Assembly (NCBI GenBank): GCA_965235115.1
Contig: OZ249444.1
Coordinates: 15,190,001-15,254,000 of the forward strand
Source of the DNA: Laetmonice hystrix
Taxonomy: Eukaryota
Direction: 5' to 3'
DNA length: 64,000 nucleotides
In this document: in pieces, positions 12,478 to 22,542 of the stretch
Position numbering within the stretch: position 1 is the stretch's first letter
How the letters are laid out: the number at the start of each line of letters is the position of its first letter
The notes under the pieces: model-generated
Seen by the model: the letters and a program-made list of their open reading frames with translations, nothing else
What the model was told of the DNA's origin: nothing
The model's database searches: none
Position numbers and translations under genes: made by a program

Positions 12478-14092
12478 AAATATTGATGACATCTAAGAAA
12501 TAATTGTGCCAAAGGAAAGAGCATGCATGCCTTTCTATTCGTGTTCAGTAGTAACTATGGGTCTAACCCCTACCATTTACAAGTTATAGCTCTGAGAAAA
12601 TATCGATGACGTCATAGGTTACGTGACCTAAGAAATAATGGTGCCAAGCAAAAGAGCATACATGACTTCCTATTCGTGTTCAATAGTGACTATACGTCTA
12701 ACTTCAAGCATTAACAAGTTATATCCCTGAGAAAATATCGATGACATCCTTATGACTCACTTTAAAAATGGCCCCAATGTCCAGAACACGTTTGACGTCA
12801 TGACGTGACGTCACGTGATGTCATAACTCATTGCCTGACCAGTCCTTGTCATGGTCAAGATGTGTGCCAAATTTTATTGAGATATCTTGAAAACTGACTG
12901 AGATAGACGCTACGACGACGACGACGACGACGACGCAAAGAATAATAATAGGGAAGACGAAACCACACAAACTCAAGATCCCATCCCTACGAAAGCCCAG
13001 AAGGATCATTCGAGATTCAAGATTCGAAATTCGAGATTCAATATCTGAATTTCGAGATGCGAGATTCAATATCCAAAGTAACCAATCAGAGGAAAGCTCT
13101 CAAAATCAGGTGCCTCGTGACCAATGAAAGGCTGCGTCTATACGCATAATTATCGGCTCATGTCGGGTAATGGCCGTGACGTCACGAGTAAGACAAAATA
13201 TATATTATCACTCGGGTGTGATCAGGTCTAGTCCATAGGGTTATGGAAGGGAAGTACCTACGCCCGGACTATTTGGCCACAGGCTGACTTGTGCCGACAT
13301 ATCAGTCAATATACACAAGGTCGTGCTCACTGTTACGCACGATCTTGTGCGTATACTCGTGTATACACACGATGTCGTAGATTCCCAGGTATATAAACTT
13401 ATATCCACAATAATGTGTGTATATTACAGGCAATATCTTGTGCGTGTTGTGTGTTATACGCATGTGGCCTGTTTCCCAGGGGACGCGTTTTATTAAACTG
13501 CGATTAGTCTATAGTAGGTCTATATCTCACTAACATAGTATATCACTAACCCTGAATCCCACAAATAGTTTTTAAAAGTTTTGTAATATTCCCTGTCCCT
13601 ATTAAATGTAACGTTCCCTTTCTCAAAATGAGAGGTGAAAAAAGCCCAGCTATAGTGGGGCTCGAACCCATTAGGCAGGACCCTTGGACCATCAGCCGGA
13701 TACGCTACACGATACGCTACGCAGGAATATGGATAAAGCTGACACCAAATATAACTAACCCTAAACCTAACCTTAACTCTAACCCATAGGGGACCTAAAA
13801 CCAAATACCCCGTATATCTAACCCTAAACCTAACCTTAACTCTAACCCATAAGGTATTGTCCCCTCCCCGTCACCCTTTCCGTTTGCCATTTGCCAGAGT
13901 GATTTATATGTCACACGACATTTCATTGGCCGTGTTATAATATAGAAGCGTACTCCCGATTGGTTACTTTGGATATTGAATCTCGAATTTCGACTCTCGA
14001 AATTCAGATATTGAATCTCGAATTTCGAATTTCGAATCTCGAATGATCCTTCTGGGCTTTCGTACATCCCCCTGTAGGGGATGGGATAATAA
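12478..14092. mobile_element. Helentron-associated (HINE/DINE-1-like) non-autonomous element, left end truncated, interrupted by a nested foldback element
   Basis: Two internal tandem units of about 135 bp (CTAAGAAATAAT...GAGAAAATATCGATGAC), GTGTGCCAAATTT motif, (GAC)n at about 12911-12935, and a terminal hairpin ATCCCATCCCC-CTGTA-GGGGATGGGAT reconstructed by removing the nested insert. Confidence 0.6.
12988..14064. mobile_element. 1077-bp foldback DNA element with inverted repeats of about 100 bp and a 6-bp target duplication
   Basis: Left TACGAAAGCCCAGAAGGATCATTCGAG...AATATCCAAAGTAACCAATC mirrors right GATTGGTTACTTTGGATATT...CTCGAATGATCCTTCTGGGCTTTCGTA. CATCCC flanks both ends. No ORF; internal TAACCC-like repeats at about 13755-13852. 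Confidence 0.85.
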
Positions 14093-15771
14093 CGTCAGCC
14101 CATCCATAGCTGATTTTTTCCCCTGGTTGATTTTTTAGATGTTTGGTTGTATTACCCAACGGCGCACCATATCTCAAAGCTCTTGCTTGCCTTTAGAAAC
14201 GCAGCAGACAACTTCAGGGTTGGAGGCCAAACGCGAGTAGGCCTATATCGATCTACTTGTTGGAGGGCGTGCGCGCGCACGCTACATTGATAGGCTACCT
14301 TGATAAGACCAGCAATGCTGCCACAGTCTTCCCGTTGTGCAGGCCGGATGATGTATTCTGCCATGGTGGCTTCTGCCTGTGCTGGCGTCCCAAAGGCGCA
14401 AAGTCTGGTGCTCTAGATAATTACAGTAGAGGCCCAGCCGACAACCATACTATGGCAAGTCACAAGTGCATTTTAAAAGTTAAAGTTAAGGCCTATGCCT
14501 TTGGGGAAGCAGCCGTCATGAATATTTTAATGTGAACGAGGACCCATATAGTCACTTGCCAGTGGTTGAGAATGAGCGGCCAGGGGGTTAAACTGAAATA
14601 TCTTGGGGCGAGAGGGGGCGATGAAATAGGCAAAAAGGTCAGCTTCAAGGGTGTAGGGCCTAGCGAGGGGGGTTTCCAGGTTTTCCGGACCCCCCCAACC
14701 TAAATTAATAGATAAGCCTAATTAAATAACTGAATAAATAAAGGACTAATATTATTATTGGGACCCCCCCCCCCCCCACACACACACCCACCCTGAGCTT
14801 TGTGAGCATTTTTCAAGGTCGAGCGTTTCCATTTCTAAATGATTTAGAAACCCCTACAAAGAAGTAAATTCGCCCATTCTCTCAGAATTAAACACCCAAT
14901 TAAGCTCACGACACCCTGAATGTTTATTCAGTAATGAAGGAAACAGTTGCTTCTCGTTCTCTTTAACCTAACTTCCTGACCCTCATACTTTGCCCATGCA
15001 TGGTAACACTATTATGTTTACACTTAAGACTCGGGTTGTTTCTGTAGCCATTTTTTTCTCAATCAGCACTCAGTGGACCCTTGCCTATTGTATTTATACT
15101 CCACGTGATAAGTATGGCCTAGTCGGGCAGTGACGCCCCTTACTCCCCCCCCACACACACACACACACTCAGCGCCCCCTCGTGGAGCTGGCCAAGACAA
15201 ACTTAACGTCCTCATCAATAAAGTGGCCGAAATGGACAAACCTCCAAGGATGGCGGTTTTTTTCTGCCCTTAACATTTTGATGTTACGCTGTGTTGGGTG
15301 AGGAATAACAGTGCAGTATAAAAATCTGGCCGGTAACGAGGCAGTAGCAGCAAAATGTGCAGCTTAGAAGTGACATCTACAAGCGTAAGAGGTTTGTAGC
15401 TTTCGGCCACCATACAACAGCATTCGTAAGACTTAATTTGCGCATGCTCGGACCTAGAAACGCGCGCTTCTTCCAACAGCCCATGGCCAGCCAAATGTAA
15501 GAGGACAGTGAGCAAAAGGGTTATGCTCCAATTGGTCCAAAACTTAAAAGAACATGAATAACACTTGGTGCATGCCAGCACACTTGGGCGAGTGACCTCA
15601 CAGAGTGTTACGCCACCTACCGTAGAGCCGTCGCGGGCGAGGGGCGGATCGCTTGGCCTCCGTGACCTCGAAGTTTGGTGCTGAGTAGGAATTGCAGGCG
15701 TCATAGGCCTTCTGGCACGGACCCAGTGTAGTATATAGATGTCGGGAGAGGTCGCTAAGCTCGGACAGAAA

Positions 15772-18700
15772 ATGGTGACAAGGGCTGTGGTTCTGATCAT
15801 CATAACACTCATGGCCCAAGTGTCGGCCGAACCTGGATCTGGTGGTGAGTCCGAGTAGTATGCGCCGGAAGATATTTAAATTGGGAGGGGGGGGGGGGGG
15901 GTCAGGCCCCCAACCCCAGATCCGATACCCCTAAACGGTGCATGTCGAGAGACATTCTCAGTTAAATGGCCACTATAACTTAGACCAAATCCACTGCCCC
16001 AGCTTGGGGGCTTAGTCTCCCCTTGCCCCTTCCGTTGTTCAGATGTCCTTTGCCCCATTGAAACTTGTTTGATTGATGAAGAAACATCTTCTTGCATCGC
16101 CCCAGGTACATGTGCTTGTGTTATCCTAAATTCCAATATGACCTTAAGGCCAATAATCTATTGTCCCAGGTGAGTTGGTGGCCCACCGAGCCCGGCGGAG
16201 TTACTCGCCCCTCAGGGTCGTCTACTTGATCGTGAGTCCCCCACGTTTTCATAGTATACATACAGTACTTCGATAATGAATGGCTTGAAATAGTGTTTGC
16301 CAGATTACTATGGTAATCCCCTTCTGCTTCCTATCATTTCCTGCATCCAGTCACTATAGCTACGGATTAATAACGATTAGTGGGCCATATAAAAACGATG
16401 CAATTGGATTATTTAAGTAATTTAGATGGGTTGCCATGTAATGCCAAGGTGAATGCCCTCTTTCAACGAACATCATTTGAAAATATCACCACGACCGACT
16501 GCGCATTTCCAGTTTCATGAAAGGGCAATGGCCTCATGGTCAGTGATGTTTAATATACGTGTAACTTGCAGAGCGAGCCCTTTGTGATACCCGGGGGTGA
16601 TGGGAGGGTGGTGGGCTATCTGCCCGATATCCTGGACAGGATAGGTCACAAGCTGAACCTGACCTTTGAACTCTACCCTAGTCCTGATGGAAGATATGGA
16701 GCCCTCAACCCCGACGGGACCTGGACGGGAATGATAGGGGAACTCGTAAAGAAAGAGGTAAGCTAGGCCGTGTTTTTCACCTCTGTGCCAATTGGTTTCG
16801 GGGATGGGGAAGCAATGTCGCATAAAGCTCTCTAAAAAACAAATTTCTGTTGAGGGAATTTGTCCCCCTTTTCTCCACAGTACCGCCACATCCAAAAATA
16901 TGTTGTTAAAGTTTCGGCATAACATTTCTAAAATATGGAGAACTGGTCCATGGGTCTACTTCAGTATAATATGTCTCCAAACATTGTCACTCACACGTAT
17001 AAAACAAAATACGTTTTTTAAGAAGTGTTTGGAGCAACTCTTTTTTTGCGGAGTGATGTAACACTACAACTTGTTATTCTACAGAAAGGAGACCATAACG
17101 GGGCAGACGTTGCCCTCGCCGACATTAGCGTAACAGCTATACGGGAAAAGGTCGTAAACTTCGTGAAACCCTTCAAAAACCTCGGCCTCACGGTCCTCAT
17201 TCAGAAAACGCACGTGGCCGAGCGAGACAACAACAAACTCTCCCCGTTCAACATACTGCGCCCTTTGGAGGCGGGCGTCTGGGTCACGTGCTCCATCAGC
17301 GTCCTCATTGTGAGTGTTGGCGTTCTCACTCCCAACTCTCCTCACATGGGTCTACCACGTCTCTGCTTGGCATGGTTCTCACTCCCAACTCTGCCTACAG
17401 AGGTCTGTGCTTGGCATGGTCTCACTCCCAACTCTGCCTACAGAGGTCTGTGCTTGGCATGGTCTCACTCCCAACTCTGCCTACAGAGGTCTGTGCTTGG
17501 CATGGTTCTCACTCCCAACTCTGCCTATAGAGGTCTGTGCTTGGCATGGTTCTCACTCCCAACTCTGCCTACAGAGGTCTGTGCTTGGCATGGTTCTCAC
17601 TCCCAACTCTGCCTACAGAGGTCTCTGCTTGGCATGGTTCTCACTCCCAACTCTGCCTACAGAGGTCTGTGCTTGGCATGGTTCTCACTCCCAACTCTGC
17701 CTACAGAGGTCTGTGCTTGGCATGGTTCTCACTCCCAACTCTGCCTACAGAGGTATGTGCTTGGCATGGTTCTCACTCCCAACTCTGCCTACAGAGGTCT
17801 GTGCTTGGCATGGTTCTCACTCCCAACTCTGCCTACAGAGGTCTGTGCTTGGCATGGTTCTCACTCCCAACTCTGCCTACAGAGGTCTGTGCTTGGCATG
17901 GTTCTCACTCTCAACTCTGCCTACAGAGGTCTGTGCTTGGCATGGTCTCACTCCCAACTCTGCCTACAGACGTCTCTGCTTGGCATGGTTCTCACTCCCA
18001 ACTCTGCCTACAGAGGCCTGTGCTTGGCATGGTTCTCACTCCAAACTCTGCCTACGGAGGTCTGTGCTTGGCATGGTCTCACTCCCAACTCTGCCTACAG
18101 ACGTCTCTGCTTGGCATGGTCCTCACTTCCAACTCTGCCTACGGAGGTCTCTGCTTGGCTTGGCATGCTGGCTGCTGCCCTGCCTTACTCCTGTCGGGGA
18201 CCAGTCCGCTTGGCATGAGTCTCATTGAGCGGTTTCCGGCTCCCTCGCTGGGTGGCTCTGTGGTCGACGCGAGTACTCGCTAGGTGGCTCTGTACCCGCG
18301 TCGACCATAGAGCCGTCTAGCGAGGGAGCCGGGAACCAGCTTAGATTCTCATTCCCAACTCCGCCTATAGGCGTCTCTGCTTGGCATGGTTCCCACTCCC
18401 AACTTTGCTCATATGGGTCTCTATATATAGCCCTGTTCTCTTCCTAATTAATCTCTGCTGGTTCGATCACTTCATTGGAGCAACCAACAGAACTCCCTAT
18501 GAGGGACTTTGGTGAATGAACGAGCTTTAAATTTTGTAATTGATCAGTTTTTGTTTTCCCCTCAGGTTGGTGTCCTACTGTGGCTTAGCAACCGTTTCAA
18601 CCCGTACGAGTGGGGACACTATAATATAGCGGAGCATGGCCGAGGCTCAGAGGACCATGCCGACGCCTTCAGTATCAGTGGCGCCATCTGGTTTGCATTC

Positions 18701-21147
18701 ACATCACTCCAATGGCAGGGCTACGAGAAGGCGCCTCGTTCGGCGGCGTCCCGCTTGGTGGCAGCAGTGTGGTTCATGTTTGTGACGTTGACGTTAGTGA
18801 CGTACATGGGAAGCCTACTCAACCACTTTATATGGGCCAGCACCCTGTACGGCCGTGATTTCTCCCGACCCCCGGCCCAAGACCTCGCCCACCTCGTCCT
18901 GAACGGGGAGTACGACGTGGGCACCATCAGAGGGGGCTCCACCTACAAATGGCTCACGCAGGTGGCAAGGGAAGACATCTACAAAACTTTAAAGGCTAAG
19001 TGGGAAACTCCCCAAGGTAACCGCATAGGAAATTTCAGACGGTTCTATGGCTTGGAGGGGGTGTGGGTCCGTATAGGGGGATGAGCACCGCAACATCTGT
19101 AGGGGTGAACCTGGGAGCCGAATGGGTGGGGGTGGGGGGGGGGGGGCTCCAATGGCAGGCGTAGGGGAGCCCCCCTCTTCTAACTAGTTTTCTTATGCCG
19201 CCATAGGCCTTCTGTTTTTTAAAGAAGCACTCTGCCCAAACAGAGGCTATTCAAACATATTAACACAGTGGCGTATCCAGAAATTTTTTAAGGGGGGTTT
19301 CCGAAGTTTAGGTACTTCAGAGATGGATATTAGGCCATGCTCCTCGAGGAAATTTAACAAAAAGACATCAAATAATGCAATCTCGGGACATCTTGTGGGG
19401 AAATATGAAGGTTTCCTTTGGTTAAAATAATGCATTTTACACCCCATTCTTTTTACCGAAATGTCCTTAACATAGGGGGGGGGGGGGGGGTCCGGGATAC
19501 TTGGAAACCCCCCTGGATACGCCACTGTTCACATATAGGCTACGTCTACTACTTAACATTATTTGCAGGCCAGAAGCTCCTGGCTACTTCCCATGAGGAA
19601 ATACTCCAGAAAGTTCGCAGCGGGAAGGTGGCTGTGATCGTCGAATCGTTGTTTGCGAACCACGCCATGAACCAGCGTCCCTGTGACCTGACCACGGTCG
19701 GACCGACCTTTGCCCCCCGCGCGTATGGTGTGCCAGTGAGGCAGAACCTAGAGCGGGGATTGCTTGACTCTCTCCACCATGCCATTCTGGAAATGAGCGA
19801 GTCGGGCGAGATAGGGGTAATTAAAGCACTACGTACACCAGAATCTTTCAAATAAACTATAAAGCTATCAGGATTGACAATGTTTGCCCCTTTTGACGCC
19901 CTCCCCTTCCATATCCTTGATCCACCGACTGGAGGGATCATATTTGGGGGGCAGACTGAGCTCATAGTTTTGTATAAGAGTCCTAAAACTAAAGGACTGC
20001 TTTCACTAGCGATAGTCCTTGCGACGCCCATGTGATTTGTGATGTCATGGTAGAATTTCAATCTATAATTTTTCCTGGCTGGCCTCCCCTTTTTCTGGAA
20101 ATGGGTTCCATCCTTTAATCCCAAAATCTCAGTAAAATAAAAGGGTCATGCATAGGTCTCCACCGAATATGTTAGATAGACAGGAGTTCTGATGGAACTC
20201 ATTCTTGTTTCACTTAGAACACTTTTATTTAATGTTTTGACCATTGGGAATCGAGAAACTGTAAGTCTCTCATATGTTATGAGGTCAGTAGAAGCGTATG
20301 TAATTAACTAAAAGGGTCATCCATAGGTTTATATGAATATAATGTGCGTTTCTATCAAATATCTATTAATCACAGGCGCTGGAGAAGAGATGGTTCGTAG
20401 ACCGCGGCGAGTGTTGGAACGTGACGCGAATCGAGAAGGAAATGGCACGAACGTCCAAACTCTTTCTCCTCCAACCGCAACAGGTTACAGTATACATGTT
20501 CTGGGGCCCACTCGCCATTCTCCTTGTCGGCGTCGTCATATCAATGTTGATAGGCGTGGCAGAGTTTCTCTTCTTCAGATATCGAGGCCAGGCGAGTCTT
20601 GTTTTAAAAATAACAAACACATTTCTCTAGGTATTACAGGTATATTTTTTATTTTTTATGTCTTGGTGCAAATTCTTCATACCAAATAAATTTATTTTCA
20701 CCGGCCAGATTTCGTTTCAATTTCGCTAAAAAACCCCTTTTGAGCCATAGTATTTTCCATTCATATGAGGGTTGACCTGGTAGTATGAATGTTATATACG
20801 GTATCCGACTTAAAGTTTCTGAATACCTAAAAATGCAAGCTTTCTGGGGGAGCAATAATTACTTCAATACCGTTTATCATTTTGATTCCATTTGCTGGTA
20901 TATGTATACTGTCATCATGCAGTGAAGACATTTCTATAACTTATTATTGAACCCCAAAATGCAAGGTTTTCGGTCGGCCCTTTAAAAATAAAGTCAGGTA
21001 GGATCCTTCGCCCGTGCCTCTAACCCAAGAAAAGTAGGCCTAAAAAGTTACAGTTCCATGCTCTAACAACTATATTTCTCTCTTTTTTTCCAGTATGAGA
21101 GAGAGAACAGACCAGCTGACCCGTCGCTGGAGCCAACTGAAAGCTGA
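15772..21147 (+). CDS. Ionotropic glutamate receptor-like protein lacking the amino-terminal domain, 504 aa; exons 15772-15844, 16170-16231, 16572-16757, 17085-17309, 18566-19016, 19569-19816, 20376-20591, 21094-21147
   Basis: Signal peptide MVTRAVVLIIITLMAQVSA; S1 PLRVVYLISEPFV, DGRYG...WTGMIGELV, ADISVTAIREKVVNFVKPF; M1; pore IWFAFTSLQWQGYEKAPRS; M3; S2 GTIRGGSTY, IVESLF, RPCD, RWFVDRGEC; M4. All phases consistent; last intron is GC-AG. Confidence 0.92.
17322..18410. repeat. 44-bp minisatellite (about 19 copies plus a remnant) starting just after the iGluR exon-4 donor
   Basis: Unit GGTTCTCACTCCCAACTCTGCCTACAGAGGTCTGTGCTTGGCAT with 43-bp variants; source of ORFs 17025-18218, 17314-18228 and 17537-18283. 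Confidence 0.95.
18226..18343. mobile_element. 118-bp palindromic MITE inserted in a minisatellite unit, 9-bp target duplication
   Basis: Arms GGTTTCCGGCTCCCTCGCTGGGTGGCTCTGTGGTCGACGCG / CGCGTCGACCATAGAGCCGTCTAGCGAGGGAGCCGGGAACC; flanks GAGTCTCAT and GATTCTCAT. Confidence 0.8.
19266..19527. mobile_element. MITE with perfect 15-bp TIR CAGTGGCGTATCCAG
   Basis: CAGTGGCGTATCCAG ... CTGGATACGCCACTG; flanks TTAACA / TTCACA. Confidence 0.8.
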
Positions 21148-22542
21148 GACATGGGCGGCTCTGTATACAAGTTTGAAGAATGATACAATTCACATGTATT
21201 CCATATTGATACATACTTATGATACCAAGAGAATACCAACTGTCATATATACTAAGCGCAAAGAGACATTTATTTAGCTTATATTTACGATACACATTGT
21301 CCAAACTCATATTGGAATCCGATACATCATTTAAAGCCCAGATCGAAATATGCCCAGATCAGGATTGGAAGATTGGAGGTCACATAGATTTACATTACAT
21401 AGGCAATGCACCATATCAACACGGGATTTAAGAAGAATGTAGTAATATCATGCCTGTTCATTATATAGACACCCAAAAAAGACATGTTTTGGACACTGCA
21501 CCCTCAGTTTTCAATGTGTCACTTGGGACGATTGGTGTGGGTTGTGGTCTGTGTCTTTCCCTTCGTTGGTTGCATGTCTTGCCTATAGATCCTTGTTGAA
21601 TAAATTTTTCAATTTTACCATTTTACTTGATTACGCCTTGATACAGGCCCGGAGGCTGATCTGAAAATGGGGGGTGGGGGTGGGGGGGGGGGGTGGGGGT
21701 TACTTCAAGCGCAATAATTCATCATTGTAATTTGTCCACAATAGTTCCCGTGTGGCCTGCCATACACTGCGTGAACACCCCCAACTTCACCCAACTGGTT
21801 TTGTGGAGTAGGGTGAGTCGGGGCCTGAACCGTCGCACGTGTGAACAGGTCTAAATTGACAGCCGACCTTAGATGACAAAAAAAACCACGTGTGTGGTCA
21901 GTTTGACCGACAGTTTAGGCGGAAGAGATTCACTGATTGCCGTCGCGATAGCGCCACCATAATATGGTCAATATCATGTTGCAATAGATGTTTTTTATCC
22001 TATCTTATAGAGAGGTTAGAAATATAGGGAGACCGAAACCAAAATGGATTCTCACAGTCCTCACTTCCCTACGGTAGATCACGACTGCACAACCTTTCTC
22101 CAAGATAAATAGAATGGTAACCTAGACAGAAGGTGGTATACCCCTCTGGCTTTTAGCCTGCATTCTTACAGAAACAAAGAAGAAGACTCTAAAACCGTAT
22201 GCTACTTCAAGGACCTCAAAGTACCATGCAAAGGAGCGCTGGTTTGAGGACATTTTCAAACAAAATGGGTAAAAAACCAGGACGTTGGACGTGCAATCTA
22301 AGTAATATTATGACCACGTGGTGGAGCGCATTGAAGCAGAACTGGGGATACCCAGTCGGCACAGGGGCCTATACGTATGGACACGTGGGGTATATGGAAA
22401 ACGTCCACGCTCTGATTCCCATTGGTCATCTGGTATGCTACTTCAGTGGAACGTGACGTTGGATATCGCGTTCACAATCTGGCAAACAGCTCCATGGACT
22501 TAACGTGGATAGAGATCATCCACTGATCTAATAATCGGCACC

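Larger units (their letters stand above)
12434..14364 (-). pseudogene. SAT copy C: intact exon 1 (14364-14299) and last 44 nt of exon 4 (12477-12434); exons 2, 3 and most of 4 deleted
   Basis: Exon 1 MAEYIIRPAQREDCGSIAGLIK with GCCACCATGG context. Homology to units A/B stops at GTGACCC (12477) and resumes at AACGTCAGCCC (about 14091). Confidence 0.9.
4557..14645. repeat. Tandem segmental triplication: units about 4557-8190, 8190-10950 and 10950-14645, each carrying a SAT gene or remnant
   Basis: Shared anchors recur three times: TAATGTTCTTCGGGTTGCCTTG (about 4591, 8243, 10984), the GAGGTTCCATTCCCCTGATATTTGG block, SAT exon 1 and the SAT upstream region. Confidence 0.95.

Noticed and set aside
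13755-13852. Telomere-like TAACCC repeats
   Set aside because: Short, degenerate and internal to the foldback element; not a telomere or an interstitial telomeric array.
14365-14470. Possible regulatory uORF upstream of SAT, by analogy with vertebrate SAT1
   Set aside because: The upstream ATG gives 11 codons in copy C, 4 in copy B and is absent in copy A; the transcription start is unknown.
15270-15812. 180-aa minus-strand ORF
   Set aside because: Antisense to the iGluR promoter and exon 1, with no domain signal.
17025-18283. Long ORFs of 397, 304 and 248 aa
   Set aside because: Apart from iGluR exon 4 (17085-17309) they are translations of the 44-bp intronic minisatellite.
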